Shown here piece by piece: positions 27,184 to 39,422 of a DNA stretch of 47,288 nt. The stretch spans positions 1 to 47,288 of the forward strand of contig DATFIM010000005.1 of the NCBI GenBank assembly GCA_035270125.1, read 5' to 3'. This DNA comes from Halanaerobiales bacterium (lineage in GTDB: Bacteria; Bacillota; Halanaerobiia; Halanaerobiales; DATFIM01). Every line of letters starts with the position of its first letter. Position 1 is the first letter of the stretch. Position numbers and translations under genes: made by a program. Below the pieces are notes generated by a model. The model was not told where the DNA came from. It ran no database searches and saw only the letters and a program-made list of their open reading frames with translations.

Positions 27184-29568
27184 TTAACTATTATCTTTAT
27201 CAGTGTTTGGTATGATTTTAACTTCTTTTATTTTATCATTATTATTTATATCAATTAATTTGTACATATATCCAGGCCTTTCTACTTCTGTTATTTTGTC
27301 AATTGAAATTTCATGCATATTTTCTTCAATAGTTGTAATTAATAAATTTTCATTTTTATTTGCTAATACTACAGAATGAATAGAATAGTTACTGGCTGCA
27401 GCTATATTCAAACCTTTTCCATTTCTATTTTGTGGTTTAAAATGTTTTTTATGAGAACGATGACCTTTACCAGATTCTGTCACTGCAATAACATAATTTT
27501 TATTATCAACTTTACCCATATTTAATATACTATCTTTGTTTTCTAATTTCATCCCTCTACTACCTTTGGTATTTCTACCGGTATCTGAAAAAGAATCTGC
27601 AGCGAATCTAATAACTTTACCATTACTACTTGCCATCATGATGTCTGAATTATCATTTATAATCGTCATACTTACTACTTTGTCCTTATTATTAAGTTTA
27701 ATAGCTTTAATTTTAGTATAATTAGTTTTATATTCACTAATTTTTGTCTTTTTAATCATTCCTTTTTCGGTTGCTAAAGCTATATATTTATCCTTATTTT
27801 GTTTATTAATACATGTCATACCAATTATATTTTCTTTAAGTGGTATTTTTAAATATTTCTTGAGGTTTTCACCAGTAGAAAGCCCGTGATGTTCTGACAA
27901 TTCATGGACTTCGAGGGTATAGACCTGACCCGTGTCAGTAAAGAATAGCAGATTATCAAAAGTTTTTCCTTCAACAATATTTATTATATAATCATTTTTA
28001 GCTGCTCTTACATTATCAAAATTATCAGTTCTTTTAATTTTATTTCGGTGTGAAAGTGAAATTACTGCTTTTTTAACTTTAATTAAATCTTTTTTATTAA
28101 TTATTGCTTTATCTTCATTTTCTATTATTTCGGTATTTCTATCATCTCCATATTTTTCCTTTATTTCTTTTAATTCTTTACGTAATAACTTATCTAAAAC
28201 TTCCTTTTCATTAAGAATATTATTATATCTGTTTATTTTATCCTCAAGTTCTTTTGCTTCAGTTTTCAATTTTTCAGTTTCCATTCCAACTAACCTTTGT
28301 AATCTCATACTTAAAATAGCTTGAGCCTGTTCTTTAGTAATAAATAATTTTTCTATTAATTTTGTTTTGGCTTCTGAAGTAGATTCAGAATTTCTAATAA
28401 TTGATATTACTAAATCAAGTTTATCAATAGCTTTTATTAAACCTTCAACAATGTGATATCTGTTTTCTGCTTTATTTAAAAGGTATTTAGTTCTTTTGGA
28501 GATTACTTCTCTTCTGAAATCAAGAAAATGATTTAACATTTCTTTTAAAGTCATTACAACTGGTCTATTATTATGCAGAGCAAGTAAATTTATCCTATAT
28601 GATTTTTGTAATGAACTATATTTAAATAATCTATTAAGAATTATTTCGCTTTCTGCCCCTCGTTTTAAATCAATTGCAATTCTCAATCCATCTTGATCAG
28701 ATTCATCTCTAACATCTGAAATGTTGGAGACTTTTTCTTTTTTTACTAAATTGGCTATTTCTTCGATTAGTTTTGCTTTATTAGTTTGATAGGGCAATTC
28801 AGTTATAATAATTTGTTTTGTACGACCACTTTTTTCTATTTTACTTTTTGCTCTTAAGGTAATTTTGCCTTTACCAGTTTCATAAGCATTCTTTATTCCA
28901 TCAGCACCAATGATTTTAGCTCCTGTAGGAAAATCTGGTCCTTTAATTTTATCCATAATTGTTTCTAATCTGGCATTAGGATGGCGAGACATATGTAATA
29001 AAGCGTCAATAACCTCAGTCATATTGTGAGGAGGAATATCAGTACTCATTCCAACAGCGATTCCACTGGCACCATTAACAAGAAGATTAGGAACTTTACT
29101 TGGTAAAACCTCTGGTTCTTTTAATGAACCATCAAAATTATCAGTAAACCCTACAGTATCTTTTTCTATATCTTCTAATATATCAGCAGATAATTCAGTT
29201 AGTCTGGCCTCTGTATAACGCATAGCAGCAGCACTATCGCCATCGATTGATCCAAAATTACCATGTCCATCAATTAAAGGATAATGTAGATTAAATGGCT
29301 GTGCCATACGTACCATAGCATTGTAGACTGCATTGTCGCCATGAGGATGATATTTACCCAATACTTCACCGACTATTCTAGCTGATTTTTTGTGGGATTT
29401 TTTGTGGGTCAAACCAAGTTCATTTGATGCATATAATATCCTTCGGTGAACTGGTTTTAAACCATCTCTAACATCTGGCAAAGCACGACTAACAATTACA
29501 CTTAGTGAATAACTTAAATAAGAATCTTTCATTTTATCTTCAATAGTAACCGGAGTTATATCTGACAT
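27184..29568 (-). CDS. parC: Type IIA topoisomerase subunit A, ParC-like (no GyrA box)
   Basis: [16 protein letters not shown] and the active-site region [10 protein letters not shown]. The CTD position that holds QRRGGKG in GyrA reads VRAAKNDY here. The parC versus gyrA call has confidence of about 0.6. Confidence 0.88.
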   Translation of the reverse strand: MSDITPVTIEDKMKDSYLSYSLSVIVSRALPDVRDGLKPVHRRILYASNELGLTHKKSHKKSARIVGEVLGKYHPHGDNAVYNAMVRMAQPFNLHYPLIDGHGNFGSIDGDSAAAMRYTEARLTELSADILEDIEKDTVGFTDNFDGSLKEPEVLPSKVPNLLVNGASGIAVGMSTDIPPHNMTEVIDALLHMSRHPNARLETIMDKIKGPDFPTGAKIIGADGIKNAYETGKGKITLRAKSKIEKSGRTKQIIITELPYQTNKAKLIEEIANLVKKEKVSNISDVRDESDQDGLRIAIDLKRGAESEIILNRLFKYSSLQKSYRINLLALHNNRPVVMTLKEMLNHFLDFRREVISKRTKYLLNKAENRYHIVEGLIKAIDKLDLVISIIRNSESTSEAKTKLIEKLFITKEQAQAILSMRLQRLVGMETEKLKTEAKELEDKINRYNNILNEKEVLDKLLRKELKEIKEKYGDDRNTEIIENEDKAIINKKDLIKVKKAVISLSHRNKIKRTDNFDNVRAAKNDYIINIVEGKTFDNLLFFTDTGQVYTLEVHELSEHHGLSTGENLKKYLKIPLKENIIGMTCINKQNKDKYIALATEKGMIKKTKISEYKTNYTKIKAIKLNNKDKVVSMTIINDNSDIMMASSNGKVIRFAADSFSDTGRNTKGSRGMKLENKDSILNMGKVDNKNYVIAVTESGKGHRSHKKHFKPQNRNGKGLNIAAASNYSIHSVVLANKNENLLITTIEENMHEISIDKITEVERPGYMYKLIDINNNDKIKEVKIIPNTDKDNS

Positions 29569-29622
29569 AATAAAATTCTCCCTTCAATTTTCTAAAATTA
29601 ATAATAAAAGTCCGTATTTGAT

Positions 29623-31613
<1,991 letters not shown>

Positions 31614-31645
31614 TATAATATAAAACCAAAAGAATGTGATAATTC

Positions 31646-32902
31646 ATGAAAAAAAACATAAAAAATAATAGTTTATTAATATTTATTGCTATTTTAATAG
31701 GTGTTTTAGTATCCTTATTATCTTTAATTTATGCTGAACTTATAACTTTTTTGGAAGATAATTTGTATAAAACTTTTTTAAATACTTACTTAATTATTTT
31801 TATTCCGGCAATAGGTGGTTTATTAGTTGGAATTTTATTAAAATACAATGCTTTAAATGCTAGGGGACATGGCATTCCAGCAATTTTACAGACAATTAAA
31901 ACTAAAAAAATACATTTTACTTTTCGAGATTTATGGGTTGAAGGATTTGCTTCAGCTCTTACCATTGGAACAGGTGGATCGGCGGGTAGAATTGGACCTT
32001 TAGTAGAAATTGGTGCTGGAATGGCAGATTTGATTGATAAAAAGTTTGATTTTCCTCAAGATATATATCAAGTACTTTTAGGTTGTGGTGCTGCAGCTGC
32101 TATAGCTGCTGTGTTTAGTGCTCCACTTGGAGGAATTGTTTTTTCAATGGAAATTTTGTTCAGAGATTTAGAATTAAAAAAAATAACTTTAGTAATAATT
32201 AGTGCTCTAAGTTCTTATATTTTTACTAATACTATATTTAATTTAAATCCAATATTTAATATACCTGTTTTTAATGTCAATTCATCCTATGAATATCTTT
32301 TATTTGTAATTTTAGGTATTATAATCGGAATAATTGGCTATATTTTTGTTAAAAATTTATATTTGATTTCTATTTTTTTCAACAATCTAAAAATACCATT
32401 ATGGATAAAACCTACTTTAGGTGGGTTAGTTGTTGGAATAACAGGTTATTATCTCCCTCAAATTATGGGAACTGGAATAAATATAACAAATGAAATATTT
32501 CTTAATGATCATCTAATATTATTAATGATATTTATAATTATTTTCAAATTGATAATGACCGGTATAACATTAGGTTCAGGTGGTTCAGGAGGAATATTTG
32601 CTCCAATTTTGATGATTGGAGGATTAAGTGGATTCGTATATGCTATATCAATTAATAAATTGTTTCATAACTTTATTATATCAAATATATCTTATGGAAT
32701 AATAGGAATGGCATCAGCATTGGGGGCTATTACTCAAGCTCCTTTTACTGCTTCACTGATTGTATTTGAACTTACTGGTGATTATAATACTATAGTACCT
32801 TTACTTTTTGCTTCTGTAATTTCTTCAATTGTATATAGTAAATTTATAGAGGAATCAGTATACTCTCCAAAATTATTTAAAAGATTTCCTAAAAATGATT
32901 AA
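31646..32902 (+). CDS. ClC-family chloride channel/transporter homologue (no CBS domains) with atypical selectivity and gating motifs
   Basis: GHGIP, GRIGP and GGIFAP motifs occupy the positions of canonical GSGIP, GREGP and GIFAP. The protein is 418 aa and polytopic. Confidence 0.87.
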   Translation: MKKNIKNNSLLIFIAILIGVLVSLLSLIYAELITFLEDNLYKTFLNTYLIIFIPAIGGLLVGILLKYNALNARGHGIPAILQTIKTKKIHFTFRDLWVEGFASALTIGTGGSAGRIGPLVEIGAGMADLIDKKFDFPQDIYQVLLGCGAAAAIAAVFSAPLGGIVFSMEILFRDLELKKITLVIISALSSYIFTNTIFNLNPIFNIPVFNVNSSYEYLLFVILGIIIGIIGYIFVKNLYLISIFFNNLKIPLWIKPTLGGLVVGITGYYLPQIMGTGINITNEIFLNDHLILLMIFIIIFKLIMTGITLGSGGSGGIFAPILMIGGLSGFVYAISINKLFHNFIISNISYGIIGMASALGAITQAPFTASLIVFELTGDYNTIVPLLFASVISSIVYSKFIEESVYSPKLFKRFPKND

Positions 32903-32937
32903 ACATGTATATAAAATTATACATATTTATTAAAATA

Positions 32938-32965
32938 TTGACAATGATAAAATTTATGTTATAAT
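32938..32965 (+). promoter_or_regulatory. Promoter of the rubredoxin gene
   Basis: TTGACA, 16-nt spacer, TG-extended TATAAT. Confidence 0.55.
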
Positions 32966-33002
32966 TTAAATAATAATAATTACTAGGGAGGGAGGTATTT
33001 CT

Positions 33003-33161
33003 ATGCAAAAATATGAATGTACAGTATGTATGTATGTTTATGATCCTGAAGAAGGAGACCCTGATAATGGGGTAGAACCAGGAACCCCTTTTGAAGAACT
33101 TCCTGAAGATTGGGTATGTCCTGAATGTGGAGTAGGAAAAGATATGTTTGAACCTGTATAA
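33003..33161 (+). CDS. Rubredoxin (52 aa), absent from the supplied ORF track
   Basis: My translation is [52 protein letters not shown]. It has the two CxxC(G) knuckles and the conserved Y-D-P, F-E-LP and DW residues. GGGAGGGAGG RBS upstream. Confidence 0.9.
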   Translation: MQKYECTVCMYVYDPEEGDPDNGVEPGTPFEELPEDWVCPECGVGKDMFEPV

Positions 33162-33189
33162 TATAAAAATTTAACATAAAGATTAAATT

Positions 33190-33217
33190 AGCCGGGGTAA
33201 CCCGGCTCTTTACATTT
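33190..33217 (+). terminator. Hairpin terminator after the rubredoxin gene
   Basis: AGCCGGG-GTAA-CCCGGCT stem, followed by CTTTACATTT (weak T tract). Confidence 0.5.
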
Positions 33218-33269
33218 AATATTTAATATAGTATAATTACCACAATATATAATGTTAGGGGCGATTTAT

Positions 33270-34610
33270 ATGGCTCTCAAAGAATCAATTAAATTATATA
33301 AATTATCACCTGCTCAAATTCTAGTAGCAGGTTATTTTACGGTGATTCTAACCGGGACTATTTTACTTAGTTTACCTATGGCTACTACAGCAACTGGTAG
33401 TTTAGGTTTTATTGATTCACTTTTTACTTCAACTTCTGCTACCTGTGTAACTGGTTTAATAGTTGTAAATACTAGTTCAGCCTTTACTGTATTTGGCCAG
33501 GTAGTAATTATGTTATTGATTCAAATTGGTGGATTAGGTATAATGAGTATGTCAACGCTTATGGCTTTTTTAATAGGTAAAAAGATTTCTTTAAAAGAAA
33601 GATTAGTAATTCAACAGGATCTTAATCAATTTGGGATTTCAGGTCTAGTTAGATTAATTCAATATGTGCTTGGCTTTACTTTAATAATAGAAGGTGCAGG
33701 CGCAATTTTTATGTTTACTAAATTAATTCATGAATATAAAATTGTAAAAGCAATATATTATTCTATTTTTCATGCTGTTTCTGCTTTTAATAATGCAGGA
33801 TTTGATCTTTTTGGCAATAGTCTTGTTGGTTTTACTGGAAGTATTATTATGAATTTTGCTGTTATGATTTTGATTATTTTAGGTGGTATTGGTTTTGGAG
33901 TTTTGACAGAATCAACCAATGACAAAAGATTTGGTAAATCATCACTACAATCAAAAATTGTTGTAATTATGACTTTAATATTATTAGTTGTTGGATTTTT
34001 AGTTCTTTTAGCTTTAGAATTTAATAATCCTGAAACAATGGGAAAATTACCGTTTGGAGAAAAAATATTATCCGCTATGTTTTTATCAGTTACTCCTAGA
34101 ACAGCAGGTTTTAATACTCTACCAACTAATGCTTTAAGGAGTTCCTCACTGTTTTTTATAATAATTTTAATGTTTATTGGAGCTTCACCAGGATCTACAG
34201 GTGGAGGAATTAAAACAACTACTTTTGGGATAATGGTTATAACAATGTGGAATAAAATTATTGGAAAAAAAGATATAGAAATTTATAATAGAAGAATTGA
34301 TGAAGAAGATGTTTTAAAAGCAATGGCTATTACATTATTGGCAATGGCATTAATTGTATTAATTACAATAGTTTTAACTATTACAGAAAGCAAACCATTT
34401 CTTGATATACTTTTTGAAACCGTTTCAGCTTTTGGAACAGTTGGTCTTTCTACAGGAGTTACTCCTACTTTATCTAAAATTGGAAGAATATTAATTATTA
34501 TGACTATGTTTGCAGGAAGAGTGGGTCCTTTAACATTAGCAGTAGCTTTTGCAGAAAGACAAAGAAAGGGTATTTATCATTATCCAAAAGAAAAAATAAT
34601 GGTTGGCTAA
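33270..34610 (+). CDS. ktrB: Ktr/Trk-type potassium uptake membrane subunit (TrkH/KtrB family)
   Basis: Four MPM-type repeats with filter-like glycines (TATCVTGL, NNAGFD, RTAGFN, GTVGLSTG). ATG 33270 lies 8 nt after TAGGGG. Confidence 0.88.
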   Translation: MALKESIKLYKLSPAQILVAGYFTVILTGTILLSLPMATTATGSLGFIDSLFTSTSATCVTGLIVVNTSSAFTVFGQVVIMLLIQIGGLGIMSMSTLMAFLIGKKISLKERLVIQQDLNQFGISGLVRLIQYVLGFTLIIEGAGAIFMFTKLIHEYKIVKAIYYSIFHAVSAFNNAGFDLFGNSLVGFTGSIIMNFAVMILIILGGIGFGVLTESTNDKRFGKSSLQSKIVVIMTLILLVVGFLVLLALEFNNPETMGKLPFGEKILSAMFLSVTPRTAGFNTLPTNALRSSSLFFIIILMFIGASPGSTGGGIKTTTFGIMVITMWNKIIGKKDIEIYNRRIDEEDVLKAMAITLLAMALIVLITIVLTITESKPFLDILFETVSAFGTVGLSTGVTPTLSKIGRILIIMTMFAGRVGPLTLAVAFAERQRKGIYHYPKEKIMVG

Positions 34611-34626
34611 AAAAGATTAGTAATTT

Positions 34627-34658
34627 AAAAAATCTCTTCGTTTCTGAAGAGATTTTTT
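34627..34658 (+). terminator. Intrinsic terminator after ktrB
   Basis: AAAAAATCTCTTC-GTTTCT-GAAGAGATTTTTT. Confidence 0.7.
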
Positions 34659-34797
34659 ATATTTAACTGAACAAAATTTTTAAAAAATTTACAAATAACT
34701 AATTAAATGCTAAAATAATATTAGTATTAATATAATGTTTTAGCTTAATATTGAATTAAAATTTAAAGTAAATAAAGGTAATTGATAAGGAGGAAGA

Positions 34798-35448
34798 ATG
34801 ATGAAACAATTCGTAGTAGTTGGTTTAGGACGTTTTGGTTCAAGTCTGGCTGAAACTTTAGCAGAAAAAGATTTTGATGTATTAGCAATTGATATAGATG
34901 AAGAAATTGTCCAAAATATGTCTAATATAGTAACACATGCTGTAGAGGCTGATGCAACTGATGAAGAAGCATTAAAAACTTTAGGAGTTAGAAATTTTGA
35001 TGTAGCAGTAGTTAGTATTGGTGATGATATACATTCTAATATTTTAGCTACTCTAATTTTAAAAGAACTAGGAGTACCTTATGTTGTTGTAAAGGCTCAA
35101 AACAAATTACATGGAAAAATACTAAAAAAAGTTGGGGCAGATAGAGTTGTTTATCCAGAGAGAGATATGGGTACGAGAATTGCTCATAATTTAATATCTT
35201 CTAATGTATTAGATTATATTGAATTTGCTAAAGATTATAGTATAGTTGAGATAATTGCTACTCCTAATATGGTTGGTAATTCACTTGCTGATCTTGAACT
35301 TAGAACAAGATTTGGAGTTAATGTTATGGCAATAAAAAGAGGAAAAGAACTCAATGTTACCCCGGGAGCTAATGATAGAATTTTAGAAGGTGATGTATTA
35401 GTAGTTATGGGTAAAAATAAAGATTTAGATGCAGTAAAAGAACTTTGA
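34798..35448 (+). CDS. ktrA: Ktr/Trk potassium uptake peripheral subunit (RCK: TrkA-N plus TrkA-C)
   Basis: Rossmann motif VVVGLGRFGSSLAETL and a C-terminal TrkA-C domain. Confidence 0.9.
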   Translation: MMKQFVVVGLGRFGSSLAETLAEKDFDVLAIDIDEEIVQNMSNIVTHAVEADATDEEALKTLGVRNFDVAVVSIGDDIHSNILATLILKELGVPYVVVKAQNKLHGKILKKVGADRVVYPERDMGTRIAHNLISSNVLDYIEFAKDYSIVEIIATPNMVGNSLADLELRTRFGVNVMAIKRGKELNVTPGANDRILEGDVLVVMGKNKDLDAVKEL

Positions 35449-35460
35449 GGTGGTTTTTAA

Positions 35461-36795
35461 ATGAGTAAAAGAAAGTTTTATAAAATTATTACTTATGGAT
35501 GTCAGATGAATGTCCATGATTCAGAAAAACTAGCTGGTATGTTAGAAAATATGGGTTATGAAAAAACCGAAAATAAAAATAAAGCTGATATTATTTTATT
35601 TAATACATGTGCAATTCGCGAAAATGCTGAATTAAAGGTATTTGGAAAAGTTGGTTCGTTGAAAAATCTTAAAAAAGAAAATCCTGAATTGATAATTGGG
35701 ATAGGCGGATGTATGATGCAGGTTGATGAGATAGTTAATAAAATACATGAAAAATATCCCTATGTTGATTTGGTTTTTGGCACTCATAATATTCATAAAG
35801 TTCCGGAGTTGATTAATGAGATAAAAGCGCAAAAAGAAAAAGTCTATGAAGTTTGGCCAGAAGCAGATGGATTAATTCCTGATACTCCAGTAAAAAGACA
35901 AGGAGATTATAAGGCCTGGGTTACTATAATACAGGGTTGTAATAATTTTTGTAGTTATTGTATTGTACCTCATGTAAGAGGAAGAGAAAGAAGTAGAAAT
36001 TTAAATGATATTGTAAAAGAAGTAAAAAATATAGTTGAAGATGGAATAAAGGAAATTACATTACTTGGCCAAAATGTAAACTCATACGGAAATGATCTTG
36101 ATAATAATGTTAATTTTGCTATGTTATTATCTAAACTAAATAAAATTGAAGGATTAAAAAGAATTAGATTTATGACTTCTCATCCAAAAGATCTTGATTT
36201 AGAAGTTATAAAAACTATAAAAAATAATAATAAAATATGCGAACATTTTCATTTACCTGTTCAATCTGGAAGTACGAAAATATTAAAAAAAATGAATAGA
36301 GGTTATACTAGAGATGAGTATATAGAATTAGTTAATATGATTAGAAATGAAATTAATAATCCAAGTATTACTACTGACTTTATAGTTGGATTTCCAGGAG
36401 AAACTGAAAAGGATTTTGAAAAAACAATTGATCTTGTTAAAAAACTTAGATTTGATATGGCTTTTACTTTTTCATATTCACCTAGAGAAAATACTAGAGC
36501 GGCTAAAATGAATGATCAAATAGATGAAGAAGTTAAAGATACTCGATTAAAAAAATTAATGAGTATTCAAAATGAGATTAGTTTAGAAGAAAATAAAAGA
36601 TTTTTAGGTGAAACAGTAGAAGTTTTAGTTGAAGGTGAAAGTAAAAACAATCCAGAAACATTTATGGGAAGAAGTAGAAGAAATAAACTTATAATTTTCC
36701 CAAAAGAAGATGGAATAAAAGGAAAGATTGTGGATGTGAAAATAAATAATGTAAAAAGTTGGACTTTATACGGAGAAATAGTTAATAAGAGGTGA
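35461..36795 (+). CDS. miaB: tRNA-2-methylthio-N6-dimethylallyladenosine synthase MiaB
   Basis: YGCQMNVHDSEKLAGML, CNNFCSYCIVP and a TRAM C-terminus. Conserved position upstream of mutS. Confidence 0.92.
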   Translation: MSKRKFYKIITYGCQMNVHDSEKLAGMLENMGYEKTENKNKADIILFNTCAIRENAELKVFGKVGSLKNLKKENPELIIGIGGCMMQVDEIVNKIHEKYPYVDLVFGTHNIHKVPELINEIKAQKEKVYEVWPEADGLIPDTPVKRQGDYKAWVTIIQGCNNFCSYCIVPHVRGRERSRNLNDIVKEVKNIVEDGIKEITLLGQNVNSYGNDLDNNVNFAMLLSKLNKIEGLKRIRFMTSHPKDLDLEVIKTIKNNNKICEHFHLPVQSGSTKILKKMNRGYTRDEYIELVNMIRNEINNPSITTDFIVGFPGETEKDFEKTIDLVKKLRFDMAFTFSYSPRENTRAAKMNDQIDEEVKDTRLKKLMSIQNEISLEENKRFLGETVEVLVEGESKNNPETFMGRSRRNKLIIFPKEDGIKGKIVDVKINNVKSWTLYGEIVNKR

Positions 36796-36800
36796 TTTTG

Positions 36801-39422
36801 GTGGCTGAATTAACACCAATGATGAAACAATATAAAAAACTAAAGAAAAAGTATCCAGATGCTATTTTATTTTTTAGATTAGGTGATTTTTATGAAATGT
36901 TTTTTGATGATGCTAAAATAGCAGCTAGAACTCTTGATTTAGCACTTACTTCAAGGAATAAAGGTGGTGGGGAAAAGGCCCCAATGGCTGGTATTCCTGC
37001 AAAATCTTCAGAAAATTATATTGCAGATTTGATAGAAACAGGTCATAAGGTTGCAATTTGTGAACAAATGGAAGATCCATCTGAATCTAGTGGTATTGTA
37101 GAAAGAGATGTTATCCGGGTAATAACACCTGGTACTGTTATTGAAAATGAACTTTTAGAAGCAAAAGAAAATAACTATTTAGCTTCTATAATAGTTCAAG
37201 AAAAAAAATATGGATTTTCTTATATAGATATTTCTACTGGAGAATTTAATTTAACAGAATTTAATAGTATACAAAAAATCTGGGATGAAATTGATAGAAT
37301 ACAACCAAAAGAAATGATTATTGACGAAACTTTAAAAGAAATGGATCAATATAAACGTCTAAAAAAAGATATTGACTTTTTAGTTAATTCTAAAAAGAAT
37401 CTTAATTATAAAAGAGCTTATAATATTTTGACAGACCATTTTGAAGTTAATTCACTATCAGGTTTTGGTTGTGAAGATTTAAATATTGCAACAATAGCTG
37501 CTGGTGAAATATTAACATTTTTAGAAGAAACCCAAAAGAAAATATTAGCACATATTAATAGATTAAATACTTATCATCTAAATCAATATATGGTTTTAGA
37601 TTCTGCTACAAGACGTAATCTTGAATTGTCTACAACAATAAGACAAAATAAAAAAGCGGGAAGTTTACTTGATATTATTGATAAAACTATTACTTCAATG
37701 GGAGGAAGACTAATAAAAAAATGGGTTAATCAGCCATTGATTAATAAAGAAAAAATTAATAATAGACTTGATGCTATTGAAGAATTAAAAAATAATTATA
37801 TGAAATTAGAAAAAATAATAAATGATTTAGAGGGTATATATGATTTAGAAAGAATTTTAAGTAAAATTACTTATGGTAGTGCTAATGCTAGAGATCTTGA
37901 TTCACTGAGGTTTTCTTTAACTAAATTACCACAATTAAAAGAGGATATTTCAGACCTTTCCTCTTCTTTATTTAAAAAATATCAAAATGAATTTGATGTT
38001 TTAACTGATATATCTAAACTTTTGTCTTCTTCAATTGTTGAAGATCCACCAGTTTCTTTAAGTGAAGGTGGTTTAATTAAAAAAGGATACAATGAAGAAT
38101 TAGATGAACTAAGAGAAACTAGAGGTGAAGGTAAAGATTGGATTGCAGAATTGCAAAAAAAAGAAAGAAAAAGAACAGGAATTTCTTCATTAAAAGTTGG
38201 TTTTAATAAAGTTTTTGGGTATTATATAGAAGTAACTAATGCCAATTTAGATAAAGTTCCTGAAGACTATGAAAGAAAGCAAACATTATCAAATAGTGAA
38301 CGTTATATTATACCTAAATTAAAAGAAAAAGAAGCCCTGGTATTGGGAACTGAAGAAAAAATTAATGATTTGGAATATGATCTTTTTGTGGAGATTAGAG
38401 ATCAAGTAGGAGAAAATATAAATCGAATTAAAAAAACTGCATCTATTATAAGTAAAATTGATGTTATATCATCATTGGCTTATATAGCAGTTGAAAATAA
38501 TTATAATAGACCGGAATTAAAAGATAATGATGTTATAAATATTAAGAACGGAAGACATCCAGTAGTAGAAAATATGTTGGATGATGTGTTTGTTCCAAAT
38601 GATTCTTATCTTGATAAAGATGAAAATAGATTTAATATAATTACAGGTCCTAATATGTCAGGAAAGTCTACTTATATGAGACAGGTAGCTCTTATTGTAC
38701 TTATGGCTCAAATAGGTAGTTTTGTTCCTGCTGATAATGCAGAAATTGGAATAGTTGATAGAATATTTACAAGAGTTGGAGCTAGTGATGATTTAACTAC
38801 TGGTCAAAGTACATTTATGGTTGAAATGAATGAGGTCAGTAATATTGTTAATAATGCTACTGAAGATAGTTTGATTATTTTAGATGAAGTTGGACGTGGA
38901 ACTAGCACTTACGATGGGGTAAGTATAGCCTGGGCTGTTAGTAAATTCATTAATGATCCTGATAGAATAGGAGCACGTACTTTATTTGCTACTCATTATC
39001 ATGAATTAACAAGTTTAGAAGAAGAGTTTTCTGGAATTAAAAACTCAAATGTTTTAGTTGAAGAAGATGAAGAAGGTGTTCATTTTCTGCATAAAATCGT
39101 ACCTGGTAGAGCTAATCAAAGTTATGGGATTGAAGTAGCCAGGCTAGCGGGATTACCTAAAGAAATTATTTTAAATGCAGAAAATATTTTAATGAGTCTT
39201 GAAAAAGATAATGAACTAGAAAATTTAAAACAAGAAAAAAGAAAAGAAAAATCAAAAAAGAACCAAAAAGAAAAAAAACAAATGGCTTTATTTAGGTCAA
39301 ATGACCCTATAATATCAAAATTAGAAGAAAAAGATGTCTTAGATATGACTCCGATGGAAGCAATGAATTTTATTTATGAACTAAAAAAAGAATTAAAAGA
39401 AAGGGAAAGAAAAGATGCCTGA
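36801..39422 (+). CDS. mutS: DNA mismatch repair protein MutS
   Basis: TPMMKQYKKLKKKYPDAILFFRLGDFYEMFFDDA, Walker A GPNMSGKST and DEVGRGTSTYDG. GTG 36801 lies 5 nt after AAGAGGTGA. Confidence 0.96.
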   Translation: MAELTPMMKQYKKLKKKYPDAILFFRLGDFYEMFFDDAKIAARTLDLALTSRNKGGGEKAPMAGIPAKSSENYIADLIETGHKVAICEQMEDPSESSGIVERDVIRVITPGTVIENELLEAKENNYLASIIVQEKKYGFSYIDISTGEFNLTEFNSIQKIWDEIDRIQPKEMIIDETLKEMDQYKRLKKDIDFLVNSKKNLNYKRAYNILTDHFEVNSLSGFGCEDLNIATIAAGEILTFLEETQKKILAHINRLNTYHLNQYMVLDSATRRNLELSTTIRQNKKAGSLLDIIDKTITSMGGRLIKKWVNQPLINKEKINNRLDAIEELKNNYMKLEKIINDLEGIYDLERILSKITYGSANARDLDSLRFSLTKLPQLKEDISDLSSSLFKKYQNEFDVLTDISKLLSSSIVEDPPVSLSEGGLIKKGYNEELDELRETRGEGKDWIAELQKKERKRTGISSLKVGFNKVFGYYIEVTNANLDKVPEDYERKQTLSNSERYIIPKLKEKEALVLGTEEKINDLEYDLFVEIRDQVGENINRIKKTASIISKIDVISSLAYIAVENNYNRPELKDNDVINIKNGRHPVVENMLDDVFVPNDSYLDKDENRFNIITGPNMSGKSTYMRQVALIVLMAQIGSFVPADNAEIGIVDRIFTRVGASDDLTTGQSTFMVEMNEVSNIVNNATEDSLIILDEVGRGTSTYDGVSIAWAVSKFINDPDRIGARTLFATHYHELTSLEEEFSGIKNSNVLVEEDEEGVHFLHKIVPGRANQSYGIEVARLAGLPKEIILNAENILMSLEKDNELENLKQEKRKEKSKKNQKEKKQMALFRSNDPIISKLEEKDVLDMTPMEAMNFIYELKKELKERERKDA

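Noticed and set aside
33162-33269. A c-di-AMP (ydaO-type) or other riboswitch upstream of ktrB, and likewise upstream of ktrA at 34611-34797.
   Set aside because: Both leaders are short and/or extremely AT-rich. They have no conserved GC-rich helices or pseudo-symmetric ydaO-like core. I found only a terminator hairpin in each.
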